Part shown: positions 26,802 through 39,626 of the stretch, piece after piece
How the letters are laid out: every line of letters begins with the position of its first letter
How positions within the stretch are numbered: position 1 is the first letter of the stretch
Assembly: GCA_964016885.1 (NCBI GenBank)
Contig: OZ024746.1
Location: forward strand, 10,354,001 to 10,418,000
Reading direction: 5' to 3'
DNA length: 64,000 bases
Source: Eledone cirrhosa
Lineage: Eukaryota
Notes under the pieces: model-generated
Seen by the model: the letters and a program-made list of their open reading frames with translations, nothing else
The model's database searches: none
What the model was told of the DNA's origin: nothing
Position numbers and translations under genes: made by a program

Positions 26802-26942
26802 CATTACTGGTACTTTATTTTATCGACCCCCGTAAGGATGAAAGGCAGAGGTTAACTTTGCCTTTCATCCTTACGGGGTCGATAAAATAAAGTACCAGTA
26901 ATGTACTGGGTAATAGCTGGCCTTGTGCCAAAAGTAGAAACA
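26802..26942 (+). mobile_element. 5'-truncated Meta-type SINE with a fold-back (inverted-duplicated) 5' end
   Basis: Palindrome centred on gttaac (26851-26856) with ~50-bp arms, then the SINE tail; TSD attatatta (26793-26801/26943-26951). Confidence 0.88.
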
Positions 26943-27101
26943 ATTATATTAAAACTGAATTTAAACACTAGCAGTCTAGTTGTTAGAAATTTAGCCATAA
27001 AAACATTAAGGTAGTGATATACTAGTCATAAATTAGTAAGTTAAAACTCTATTATTGACATATATATATATATATATATTGCCAGACATTTGTCTAGTTT
27101 A

Positions 27102-27370
27102 CATTTTTTCATGCTCAGAGTTGCTGAAGCATGGAACAAACTACCTGCATCAGTTATTAGCTGTCGAGACACTGCATCCTTTAAAACCTCCATGCTTCCT
27201 GAGATTCGCCAACACCACCTAATATTCCCCCTCCATACACACGCACACATGTATATCATGACTCATACACTATTCACTCCCTGTCATTTGTATATTATTC
27301 TATGTACTATACATGCACCTTTGATGAGTTGTAGTGCACCTGAGCACTACACAATTTCATTATTATTATT
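27102..27370 (+). mobile_element. CR1 LINE extreme 3' end, 5'-truncated
   Basis: HFFMLRVAEAWNKLPASVISC..TASFK (CR1 FFxxRVxxxWNxLP motif), then 3' UTR and (TAT)n tail. Absent from the paralogous segment at 2744-2998. Confidence 0.9.
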
Positions 27371-27586
27371 TTTATATCTAGTAAAAAAAATAGCAACTGT
27401 TACTTTGCTATTAAGTGATTAATGCTAGATAGATCACCTAGCTACAAAATATTTGCTTCAATAACCTAGTTTCTTGAACAACTGCCCATCATTGAAACCA
27501 ATAGAAGATCCGTCATCAAAACCAACAGAGGATCCAACATCAATGATAACTAGTTTGTAAGATATATCATCTTTTTATCTTTTCAG

Positions 27587-27809
27587 CATGCACCCGGTGT
27601 ACCTAAAATTCTAATTGGAAACCGTCTACATTTAGCTTATAAACGCCAAGTTAGTGAAATTACTGCTGAATCATATGCTCTGAAGAACGATTTGGCCTTC
27701 TTTGAAGTTAGTCCTTTATGTGACTTTAATGTTCAAGAGTCATTAGCTGAACTTTCACGACTTGCGCTAAAAAGAAATGGAATGAGCAGAACCTGGGGTC
27801 CAAATAAAG
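27587..27809 (+). CDS. RAB40: Rab40 exon (G4/G5 region)
   Basis: tttcag|HAPGVPKILIGNRLHLAYKRQVSEITAESYALKNDLAFFEVSPLCDFNVQESLAELSRLALKRNGMSRTWGPNK+G|gtatgt; 223 bp; Rab40-type GNRLHL and EVSPL boxes. Confidence 0.97.
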
Positions 27810-28389
27810 GTATGTACTATTCTTCTTCTGTTTGAAATATTGATTTAACTCTTTCATTACCAAACTGTCTGAAACTGGCCCTGGTTCTACAATACTAAGC
27901 TATTCATTGGAACCCTTTCAATGGCATGTTTCTTGTGAAAGATAATGTTTTTGATTTTTAAAAAACTTTGAAAATAATGAAAATGGAAAGATTTAGTAAT
28001 TTAACTAATTTTCTCATTATTAATTTGGTGTTTGGAACATAATTTAAAGGTTCTTACATTAAATTATGATGGGAAGTTTTTAGATAGATAAAATTCTTTA
28101 AAACAAATAGCTTTGTATTGTAGAACCAGCAGCAGTTCCAGGTGGTTTGGTATCATGATACATGAAATTATTCTTATCTATTTTGAGAAATTTATGGTAT
28201 TATGAATAGAAGAACATTTATACTTATTTACTCATAGCATCACAGTTTAAAATATTCCTGCAAATACAGGTATTTACTTAAAATGTTAAGTGAGGACATA
28301 ATAGAATTTGCCTCAAAATGAATTGAAACATTTTTAATGAGAATTAACACCGGGAAGGGTATCTGGCTTCAAAATGTTTTCTTTTTCCT

Positions 28390-28750
28390 CTCCTACTCCT
28401 CCCTGGGAGGATTGTGGGGGCAGAGTCCACAAACACACCTTCAAGAGGGTCCTGTCAGAAGCAACTGTCTTCAGTTGATCCAGCTGGCTCCCTAAGCAGG
28501 ACCAGCTGAGCTCATAGATTTAATCCAACCATCTTACTTGGGAACTACCCCTGTGCCTCCTGTCGGTTGGTTTTCGTCCAACAATTCTTTCCTGGGTCAT
28601 TCTAACCACGCGCCTGTAGTACCAGATCTGTTAGTTCTCAATTCAGAGAAGTAGTGGCTCTACCTGGAGCGACTCTCATTTTCAAGCTATGCACTCCCTT
28701 GAGTAACGTTACTCCAAAGACCCTTAGGAGGAGCACCATTTTGGCTGTTT
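28390..28750 (-). mobile_element. RTE-type (Rex3/Expander-like) LINE 3' fragment; related copies at ~56470-57010 and ~63265-63545
   Basis: Three copies share cctgtcagaagcaactgtc...atccagctg...agctcatggat...ctacccctgtgtctcctgtcggttgg. The minus strand reads like KPTDRRxRG...RWLD...ELSW...QLKTVASDR. Confidence 0.6.
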
Positions 28751-28882
28751 GATGATGTTGCTGTTTATAATGTAACTTTTTTTTTCTTCTATATTTGTAT
28801 TTTGTTTATTACTATTGTTGTTGTTGTTGATTTATTTATTTCTCAAAAGGTTTTCTTTTGTTTTGTTTCTTTTTTTTTTCAG

Positions 28883-29124
28883 TTTTGAGTCTCCAAGAAC
28901 TTGCTTGTCGGACAATAGTGTCTTGTACCACAATTTATGGTATTGATCAGTTGCCGTTACCACCTCGTCTGAAATCTCATTTGAAATCCTATGCGATGAC
29001 TAACAAAACCCGCAGCAGCACACGCATGCACAGCTTTATACACAGGGACAAGCTTAAAAAGTTGAAATATCTTAACCCCACTGAATCACCCCCCAACTGT
29101 CGTAAAAGCTGCTGTATCAGTTAG
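28883..29124 (+). CDS. RAB40: Rab40 last coding exon: SOCS box and CAAX prenylation motif
   Basis: Polypyrimidine tract + cag|(V)LSLQELACRTIVSCTTIYGIDQLPLPPRLKSHLKSY...SPPNCRKSCCIS*. Contains BC-box SLQELAC, Cul5-box LPLP and C-terminal CCIS; lies within ORF 28858..29124. Confidence 0.97.
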
Positions 29125-29247
29125 CACTGTATGTACTTCCCCGACACCGCTGTTCCCATTTCTGTAAATTGCTGGCTTTCTCTTCTTTTCTTCAAGATGA
29201 ACTTTATCAAGGATCTCATTAGGAATACTTGCTTTTAACTGGATTCC

Positions 29248-29278
<31 letters not shown>

Positions 29279-30798
29279 GTTTTATTATTATTATTATCAC
29301 TGTTGTTTTTTTTTTTATCGTTATTTTTTTCCCTTCCCCTGAAGGTAAATTGAAAAAAAAATTTTTTTTTGAAAAACAATCCAACCAATTGATTTTGCAC
29401 TCTCACATCCCATCACGCTTAATGACACAGCAACATTTATATTTATTTATTTATATGTATATTTTTTGGTTACAGATGCCATTTCTGTAAGGTTCATTTT
29501 TAACAAATAATCCCTCCTCCATCTCAACTATTAAATTGAATAAATTTAAAAAAATCAAAACAAACACATTTAAAAAGAAATAAGATGCATATCAGATATG
29601 TATTTTTTACAATGAAAAATTAGTATTCAGAAGAAAAAACAACATTACATGATTTCTTAGACTGTAAAACTTTTTACTTTGAGTGAATTATTAATAGAAA
29701 TCTTAGATGAATGATAAAGAAGTGTCGCTGAGTGGTTAGGGTGTTGTGTTCACAATTGGAAGGTCATGGCTTCAATTCCTGCACCAGGTGGCATGTTGTG
29801 CTGCCCTTGAACAAGGCACTTCATTTCATGTTGCTCAAAGCCACTCAGCAGAAGCAAATGGGTACCAGCAGCAGCATCTGGTGGTGGTTGGGCAACCATT
29901 GTGATGGGCTAGCAAGGAGTATTGTATTCTCAGTTGCTTAATGTCACATGAAACTAGGATAAGTTCCAGCCTGATGAGCCTCTAAGCTCAAGAGAGATTT
30001 AAAAAAATATATATCTAAGGCAGCGAATATATTTATTAAGTCATCTGAATTTGTTTAGAAGAGAAAAATACCTTCCCTAAATTAATATATATGAACTCTT
30101 TATTTCCTGTACCACATGGAACTTTATTAGTAAGAAATTCTTGAAAATTACAAAATAACATTATGGGATCACTACATTAAAAATTCAAGTCTTTACTTCA
30201 GTACTGCAAATATTCACAATGACCACTCTTCTTGTAAATATACTATAAACATTTTAATTAACAAACCTATTTTAAAGTATTTTCTGCTAAATCATTAAGA
30301 GTTAACTTAATTTTGGGTCTTTATACTGAGGCCCCTATCATTAGAACACCCAAGAAACTTCATAAAAAATCAACTAAACCTACATGGGTGTGGTCTGTGG
30401 ATAGTGGGGTTGGGGTTGTTTTTCTTTTTCATTTTTGTTAGATTTTCGAGTAAATTATATCTTTAAATTAAAGATGTGATATTCTTTATTGAAAACTTTG
30501 CTTTATGATATTAAAAGTTAAACTTAGTAAACGATGATGATGACGACAACAGTAGATTATTTAGGTATGAAATTGTTGTGCTAGACATTTTGCTGCTTTG
30601 ACTCCATAAAAATACAGCAACACCTGCAGCAGTGTATAGTCTATAGACCTGTGAACTGATAATCTCTTATCCACTCAGTCATTGTATTTTTCAAACATCA
30701 GTAGCGTTCCTCTACTTGGTTACTTGATCTGCTAGAAATACTAACCAAATTATACTCTACCTTCTGAAAAGTAGAACATATTGGTTAATGTAGTTTAA

Positions 30799-31008
30799 CT
30801 CTCAATATCCTGTACCACATGAAAATACATTAGCAAGACATTTTTGAAAAGTACAAAATAACACTATGACAGCATCACATAAAAAATTCAAATCTTTACT
30901 TTACTGCAAAATTTCACAATGATCTGTCCTCTAGTAAACATATAAACATTTGAATTAACAAACTCATTTTTAGATATTTTCTACTAAATCATTACAGGGT
31001 GTTAAGAG
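30799..31008. mobile_element. TTAA-flanked MITE, family B (also ~5668-5870, ~30095-30305)
   Basis: TTAA|ctctcaatatcctgta ... tacagggtgttaagag|TTAA; internal cctgtaccacatg...aaattcaa.tctttactt shared among copies. Confidence 0.75.
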
Positions 31009-33650
31009 TTAAGCTACTACTAAACCTAGAAAAAAAGAAAAAGATGAAATAATTGTAACTGGTATGCCTTTAAGCATATGTCTGCTTAATCAGGGCTGAT
31101 TTGGAGTTAAACAAGTTAAAATTTAAGCCTTTTCATAAACAAAACATTGTTTCCTTCTCTTTATTTTAAGCATTCATAATTAAGATAATAGTGATAAAAT
31201 CATCTGATATTTTTAATATATTTTATTAGCTTTTAACTCACATGATTGGTGGCACTGTTTCTGTATGAAAATCATAAAATTATTTGGGAAAAAAAAAGAC
31301 CAACTGCAAACATATTGAATATCAAAAGCCTAATATAATGGGCATAGCTTATGTCCGTCTTTATTTTCTTTCTTCCAGTCATTTTTTTTTTTCATCTTTC
31401 ATAAAGGTATGTCTCTATAAATTTTTAAGATGAAAAAAAGCAAAAAAGCAAAATATTTTACTATTCAAAACCACCGTCATTTTTTTTAGTCTTCAATTCA
31501 GCATTATAACATAAATATATAAAAATCATATGTAGGAAGGTGTATATATATATATGTACATACATGTATATACATGTGTATGTATATATATATATATATA
31601 TACACACACATATATATATATAATGTAAATGGTAAAAAGCTATTAAATGTTCATATACAACCAATATTGACCATATATTGAATTTTCCTATCTCTGCAAT
31701 TGAAGTTCTTTGTTTGATTGACAAAAATCAGTAGAGCATCAAACAAAATGCCTTGTGTTATTTATGTTCTTTTTCTTTTGGGTTTCAAATCTGACTGAAG
31801 CTGACTTAGCCTTTTTTTATCCTCCCAGGGTCACTAAAATAATTACCAGTCAAATGTTAAGACTTGATAAAATAAATACCAGTCAAATATTGAGAGTCAC
31901 TATATGAGTACTAGCCAAATACATAGCTCAGTTGGTTAGCACTAGTCTAGTAAACAGGTTGTGTTCAAAAACCTCTAGAGCTTTTGTATCTAATTTTCAA
32001 TAAAGAATGAATTATTTATTATCATTATTTCTAAAATAGACACCAGGCCTGAAATTTTGTGTGAGAGAATAGTTGATTACACTAAATACAGTACTTGAAT
32101 GATATTTCGATTTATCAACCCCGGAAGAATGAAAGATAAAGTTGACCTTGCTGGTGTGGGGAGATTTTAACTTAGAACCCTGCCAAGGTCAATTTTGATA
32201 AAGCAACGTACCAGTCAAGAATTAGGTTGATTTAATCTACTTCCACTCCTGGCATCTTTCCTAAATGAGAAGCCATTTTATTATTATTATTAAGGCAGTT
32301 GAGTTGCAGAATCGTTAGAGCGTCTGACAAAATGCTTTGTGGCTCCTTATGATTTGAGTTCAAGCCCCAACAAGGTCAACTTTGCCTTTCATCCTTCTGG
32401 GGTGGATAAAATAAAGTACCAGTCAATTAGTGGGGGTCAGTTATAATCAATTGCCCCCTCCCTCCTCCAGCAAAATTGCTGGCCTTGTACCAATTTTAGA
32501 AAGAATTATTTGATTTTTAAATGTTTATTTTTTAAGTTTTTGTTATAACTTTTTTTTACACACAAAACCCCACACTGTATAGTCCTGTGCTGTCTCTATT
32601 GTTGGCCTAATGTCATAATGTCAGCCCCATGTGGCTAATAAAGAAACCGTTATCATTTAGGCAGGCTGTTGTACCACAGTAAATTCTTGGCAAAGTGACT
32701 CAATTTCAGTTCTTCACTGGAACCACTTCCATTGTTGATGCTCTTGACAAAGGCATGCAGTCACTTCTCAATATCCCCCATAAATTTAAAGGCTTTGTGC
32801 TTATTGAAGAAATGGATTATTAGGAATCAATTTATTTTAACTTCCCCTCTCCTTAAAAATTGTTGGCCTTGTGCTTGAATTAGAAACCATTATTAACTTT
32901 GCCTTTCATCCTTACGGGGTCGATAAAATAAAGTACCAGTAATGCACTGGGTAATTGCTGGCCTTGTGCCAAAAGTAGAAACTATTATTATTATTATTAT
33001 CATCATTGTGAAGGCACGATGCTTAGTGTTTAGGCTGTTGGGTCATGAACTCAATGCCTGGAATGGGCAGTGCATTATGTTCTTGAACAAGACACTTTAT
33101 TTCACATTGCTCCAGTCAATTTAGTTGAAAAAAATGAGTTGTCACAACACTGGGGTCAAGCTGTATCAGCATTTGCCTTTCCCTTGGACAACATCGATGT
33201 TATAGAGAAGGGAAATTTGCATGCATGGGTGACTGCTGGTCTGTTATAAAATACTCTGCTCAGGCATGCACCTCAGAAATGCAAACTGATGATCAATCAG
33301 TCAACCAAGGCCAAGCATGACTGAAGAGGGCTCTCCTATCATCATCATTGTTATTTTGTTTTGAGCATTATGATGTGATCATAAGTCTTCTCCAAACTGA
33401 GCCCATGATCCAGCTTTAACCATCACTTAAATCATACCCTTGGATAAAATAAAGAAAATTACAGCATCCACCTCTGTACAGTGATTAGGCAGCATGAAAT
33501 TCTAAGGAATAATTGTTGGAGGTGTCATCATAGTTATCCCAATTAATACTTATATTTATCCTGCTGGGAATGGATATTATATTTTCCCACCTATTATAAG
33601 AATATAAATTAATCAGTTGTGTTTGTGTTTATATATATATATATGGTAGG

Positions 33651-33966
33651 TGTGTAACAACAGTTACAGGCGGCCTGCCATTCGAAGCACTCAATGCTAT
33701 TACGAGGCCCGTTTCGTTTGGGTTGTATTCCAGTGTTACGGCTGTAGTGTGCAGAGTCTATATAGATTTAAAAGAGTCGAAGTGAGTGTTGCAGCAGTTT
33801 AGATGTGTCTTTGCACATATAAGCTCGCATATCTGATGAGATGTCGTACAAGGGTCGGGCAACGTCATCTTGATTGTACCCGGAGCTGATCGATATCGCA
33901 AGAATTGTAATATACAAATAAAGTTTTTACATATGCTACAACACTGACTTCGGCTCTTTTAAATCT
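33651..33966 (+). mobile_element. Solo-LTR-like or fold-back element
   Basis: CpG-rich insert between (TA)n and (TC)n. Begins tgtaac; has a TATA-like tatagatttaaaag, AATAAA near 33917 and ...tacaaca; 33-bp inverted repeat at 33764-33796/33934-33966. Confidence 0.4.
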
Positions 33967-34041
33967 CTCTATCTCTCTCTCTCTCTCGCTCTCTCTCTCT
34001 AAATATATATATATATATATATTTAATTTTTCAACAGGTCA

Positions 34042-34205
34042 CAGTGACTTCAAACTGTTGGCTGTAAAAAGCCTCTTCAGACTGCCTGATCAAAGTGGCT
34101 CTTTAGTCGAAACTGAAGTTACTGCCAAATTTTACCTTTGAGAAATGAACCCTATACTCTGCTCATGTATTGAGGGCTCATTCAGTTATCGTTTGACTGT
34201 GATTT
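34042..34205. mobile_element. Penelope-like remnant with two inverted minimal hammerhead motifs (degenerate)
   Basis: Minus strand: CAGU-CUGAAGA-GGC..GCC-[damaged]-UGAA-GUC-ACUG. Plus strand: GGCU-CUUU-AGUC-GAAAC-UGAA-GUU-ACUG. Confidence 0.55.
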
Positions 34206-34553
34206 TACATATGTACTTACATCTCTCTCTTTCTCTCTCTCTATCATCATCATCATCATTTTATTTTCCCTGCTTGCAAGGGTGGGACGGGAACTGATGC
34301 TGGCTTGATTTCTACAGCTGGATGCCCTTCCTAACACCAACCTCATTTACAGTGAGTGCTGGGTGCCTACACGTCCACTTTACAGTGGAATGATAGGGAC
34401 CCCAGTCCTATCATCTCATTTCTACAGCTGAGTAAACTGGAGCAATGTGAAATAAAGTGTCTTGCTCAAGGAAACAACACATCACCCGGTCTGAGAATTG
34501 AACTCACAACCTTTCGGTTGCAAGGCCAATGCTCTAACCACTAAGCCATGTGC

Positions 34554-34590
<37 letters not shown>

Positions 34591-36859
34591 TCTCTACGGG
34601 GTGAGGGCTGTGTGCATGTATATATATATATACATACATATATAGACACACACATCACACACGTGCTTAATCCTCCTAGCTTCCTTCCTAGATGTTGATC
34701 ATCTTCAGAAGTAGAAAGAAAGAAAACAATATATTTTAATTCATCTAAACAATTACTGACATTAATTTTTTTTTCCATTCTTATTTAATTTAATTTAAAC
34801 ATACATACAAACAATATAATATCTTCAAGAAAACAAGATGAATCAAGCTTCTAGGTTCTTTCAATGTCCAGAATGAATATTTTTTTTATTATTAAAATTT
34901 AAATTATTAATATGAATTTTTTTTTTTTCCCCTAATAATTTAAATTATAATATTGACTATTCTTCATAATTTCTTTTCTTTTTCTTTTTTTTCCCAGTTG
35001 TATGATGTTTCTCCACATTTTTCTAAATGGGGTCCCGTCCATAACTAGACACTCTAAATTTCTCAGTTTATATATATATATATTTTTTTTTTCCTTCGAT
35101 GTCCATTGTTGTTTTTTGTTTGAATTATATAATCTTATTTTCATTTTTTTTTTTCCCGTTTTTGATTAGAAACAATTTATGATTTAAAAAAAAAAAATAT
35201 TATTACTGAATGAGAGCTTTTATTTAGAACTTTTTTTTTTCCATAATTAAGATAATTTACATGTGTAATAATGGAGTTTATTTTTGTTTCTGTAACAATA
35301 TTATTTCATTATTTTAACAGACAGATATACATATATATATTTGTGTAAATATTTACACATATATGCGTGTGTGTGTGTGTGTATAAATATATATATATAT
35401 ATGCACATATATATGTACATATATGTATGAAATGTGAAATTTTATGATGCAGGATCTAGAATCAATTTAATTTTAGTGTGTTTGTCTGCATTCTCTTATT
35501 TAGAATGCTTTTATTACTCAACAGCTTAAATTTTGTTATCAAATCTATGGATTATTTTTTTTTTTTCTTTTTATTGTCAAAGAGTATATTTTGATAAATA
35601 TAACAAAAATCTGATTAATCATCTTTTTTCCATTTACTTCTTCATATCAATCATAAATTTGTTTGAAATAATTGTAACTAAATATTCGGCTGTCTTCCTC
35701 AAATCAGCAAGCTGCCATCATCTGTCCTTCTAAACTCAAATGTATTTTAATGTATCAACTAAATTTTCTTGTATTTTAATTATACTGTAACTATAGTAAT
35801 ATTTTTTAAAAATTACTGAATACATCACTAACTTTAAAAAGAAAAAATATATATACCAAATTTGCTGAAAAGGTAAACAAAAAAAAATACTAATAATCAT
35901 TTTTATCACAATGACTGGTCTGACCTGTGGATATTTATTTTAACCAGTAAAAAAAATGCAAGAACAAAAAACAGTAACAAACAATATGGAGAAAAATATT
36001 GAACTAACATTTCTACTTGGACTCACAATCGTAAGGTTGTGAGTTCAATTCCGAGACTGGGCAGCATGTTGTGTCTTCAAGTAAGACACTTCATTCGACT
36101 TTGCTTCAGTCCACTTGGTTGAAAAAAAAAAAATGTACATAGGCAGTAGCTGGGAGTTAACCCTGAAAGAGACTGACATCCCATCTGAGAGAGGGTTCTG
36201 TACTCTGTCACTTCATGTCAATGGAACCGGAATAAGCTCCAGCCTGATGAGCCTCTAGGCTTGGGACAGACTTTAACTTATATTTCTATGTATGTAAATG
36301 TCTTTTTACTCTCTTACACTACTTTGAATCTTTATAGACTGTATAGTTTTTAGTCAATTTTGCACATTGGTTTTACTTTCTTCCTAGGATAATGATATTA
36401 ATTCTTATCAACTTATCTGCTGCTTTCTTAGTTCTCTCCTCCTGCTTTTAGTTTTTAACAATTTTTTTTTTAGTTCCCATTTATTTATATAATCATTTCC
36501 TTTGTATTCTTATAACCCTTCATTACTATATTTCTAATGAAAGACACTGCCGAAGATTTTGAAATAATTTCAAAAATAAGAGTTTAGAGAATTTAGTAAT
36601 ATAACTAACTTTCTCATTATGTTGGTGTTTGGAATATGACTTAACAAAGGTTCTTTCCCAAAATTATGTTGAAGGGTTTTTAGAAGAATATAAACACTTT
36701 CCAACAGTTTTGTATCTTAGAACCAGGGGCAGTTTGGTATCAAAATAGTGCTTAATTGTGTTTTCCGCTAAATGGTAAATTTATTTGATTTCATTTTCAA
36801 TGTGAAGGCACTTTAATTAATCTTGCAAATTAGGTTAGATCTTGTTATTATTATTAGAT

Positions 36860-37035
36860 GTGGATTGGCAGTATCGGTAGAGGGTCGGATGCCATGCTTT
36901 GACGCATAGAGTTACGGCCCTTGCTATTCTGAGTTTAAATCCCGCCGAGGTTAACTTTGCCTTTCATCCGTACGGGGTCGATAAAATAAAGTAATGCACT
37001 GGGTAATTGCTGGCCTTGTGCCAAAAGTAGAAACA
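36860..37035 (+). mobile_element. Young Meta-type SINE (other copies near 1-140, 2056-2270, 16435-16560, 32293-32510, 32895-32985, 37046-37230, 54159-54570, 62300-62450, 63672-63831)
   Basis: Same consensus as 11469-11650; TSD attattagat (36850-36859/37036-37045). Confidence 0.85.
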
Positions 37036-39099
37036 ATTATTAGATAGGAAGAATTGCCACAGTGTTAGACAAAATGCCTTACAATATTTGTTCTGTCTCT
37101 TTATGTTCTGAGTTCAAATCCAGCCGAGATTGATAAAATAAAGTACCAGTCAATTACTGGGGTCGATTTTATCAACTAACTCCTCTCTAAAAAAAATGTG
37201 TGGCTTTGTGCCTATTTTTTAAAATTGATTAGTCATCTAAACTATAATAAAGGAAGGTCTGCGGGACTGCGTACAGTTTTTTTTTTTTTTATCCCGTTAG
37301 TTAATCTAACATTCCTTTTCAATGCTGAATATATTAATTATTCCCGCCCTCTCTTTTTAGTAAAAAACCATAAACTTTACTATTCTTGGATTGAATTTAC
37401 CTGTAAGTCAATAAACAAAGATATATTTTGTTTATACACACACACAAACACATACAGCTAAAAGTTATGGTCCAAACGGAGAGCTTGTCTGTTTCAACTA
37501 GTATGACAATCTGAAAAGAGGTCTGTGTCATGGAGAGTGTAATGAAATATTTAGGATGTTACTATTTACAGATTTTCATTGAGAAGTTATCAGTTCAGAG
37601 ATGGGAAATGTTAAAATATGTAACTTATTGGTCAATGATGATGAAGAAGAAAGGGTAACATACTGTACACTGGTAGTTAACCCTACAAGTAACGCCATTG
37701 ATTTGTATGTTTGGAGAGGCATATATAGTTGTAATTGAAATATATTTCGAAGTATATATAAATGCTTATAATTGGATGTCATTTGGGAAGGGAAGTAACT
37801 TATATTGTTTCATGAAAGGACAGAAATTCTGCGTGTACTTTATTTTCTCGTATAAATAGAAATTTTGAACTAAAATATGACGTCATATAATATAGGATTA
37901 GTACACGTTTTCAACTTTATATCCATTGCTAGCTTCACTTCAATCTTAGATATTAAAAATTAACCTTTTTGTTACCATATAATCTAATAAAAGACTCTAT
38001 AATTTTCAAATTTTTAAAATAATCAAGAATTTGGAGGGATCTAGTAAGGGACTAGACAGCAAATTGGCAGTCGTTAGAATGTCATAATGCTTTGCGGTAT
38101 TCGTTTGGCTTCTGCTCTCTAAATTCAAATCCTACCAATATCAATTTGCCTTTTATCCACCCGAGGTCGATAAAAAAAAGTACCAGTCAAGGATTCTTCC
38201 TCTATCCTTGTCTGAAAGAAATCTGCTGTCTTCAGACCTGGAGAAGAGATGTTCTTAGATAAAATTATGATGAAAGGTTTTAATATAAGTGTGAACACTT
38301 CTAAAGAAACGGTTTTGTATCATAGAGTCTGGACCAGGTTAACAACAATCCCATGCTGAATTCTCAAATGTGTTTTAACAAGTCTCTTATGCACATTGAC
38401 CACCTAGCTACAATATATATAGCGCTGGTGGCTCACCTTACCAAAGTATCGAGCGATGCCTGTGAGGGTGCTTGGTTGTTCCAGTGTCTTAGCTTCGCTA
38501 TCGCATGTGGTAATGCTGTCTGAAAAATTATTGATGGTGGGAGGGGAGGGGGGTATTCGAGATTGTTGCCTTTTGACAGCTATAGTATTTGTGTGTGTGT
38601 TATGTTTTCTCCTGGAATAATACAAGTTATCTCCCTTCCCAAATGGTATGTAATTGTGTGTGTTTATTTCTTTAAGATATTTGTATTGCTTACTGTATGT
38701 GACTATCCAAATATACAAGTTAACGGTTTTATTCCTAAGTTTGTTCTCTCCCTTTCTTTTTCATTGTCACCCATTATGCTAGATATACATTTTTTTATCC
38801 TCTTCTCTGATGACATCTTAGAAAAGAAACATTTGTAAATCTGGAAACAATACACATACACTCAAGGTTGAAAACGTAGTGGATTGCTAGCTCATGGAAT
38901 TTGAAGTCAAGTCTACATTTCTGAACAGAGGAAAAATAATTCTACTTGTTTTAGTGCATGTATGTGTATATACATGTACACACACATACAATAATCAAGC
39001 AGGAGATTTAATAAATATTATTATTAAAAACTTAGAAGAATATCATTTCTCATAAATAACTCTTTTTCTTTTTGAGTGCAATTGGGTTAACATTCTGCA

Positions 39100-39626
39100 T
39101 GCTTTTGTATATCAGAAGGGACAAACATTTGTAGATGCTGAGAAGCTGCATGCATAGGTTGAACTCTGAATAATTTCTGTATCATGTACTGTTTCATCAA
39201 TGGTCACCTGTCAGTTTTCTAGAACCTTAACAGAGACTCATTCATTATGATCAATCACAGTGGATGTGGAGAGGCATCCTGTGCCTTTAAAAAAAATAAT
39301 ACATATATATGTGTGTGTGTGTGTTTTTTTTTTTTATCTATTCATAGATGGTGTTTCCTTGCTATGCTGAAAGTATTTGGTTAATTTTAAGAGTTGGTAC
39401 ATCTCCAACCCACATAAAAGCATATCACTGCTCATTGCTCTTCTTTGATGCATATGGAAAATAAAACAGCTATGTTAAAGGTATGACAGCAACACAACAA
39501 CTAAATGCTGAAGGATAAACCTTTACCATATGTGACCTCCAAATCCTGTGATATCTGCTCATATATAACATTAAAAAAAAAGATCAAGCTTGTATTTTGC
39601 AGATAATTATTGATTGGCCTTTGTAT
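39100..39626 (-). mobile_element. Old mariner remnant (5' end and N-terminal HTH region)
   Basis: Minus-strand reading resembles MAxLxSICxKEEQxAVI and SG.xSTST...LEN.QVTIDE. Terminus gataattattgattggcctttgTA. Confidence 0.5.

Noticed and set aside
27620-27720. Non-canonical G4 (NRLH) and G5 (SPL) boxes as novelty
   Set aside because: These are standard features of the Rab40 subfamily.
29950-30000. GAAAC...CTGATGAG in the tail of the V-type SINEs (also ~36225-36275, ~51697-51750) as a hammerhead ribozyme
   Set aside because: After CUGAUGA and a short hairpin comes GAGA/GGGAC rather than GAAAC. The upstream GAAAC has no stem III-UH geometry. Better explained as a LINE-derived SINE tail.
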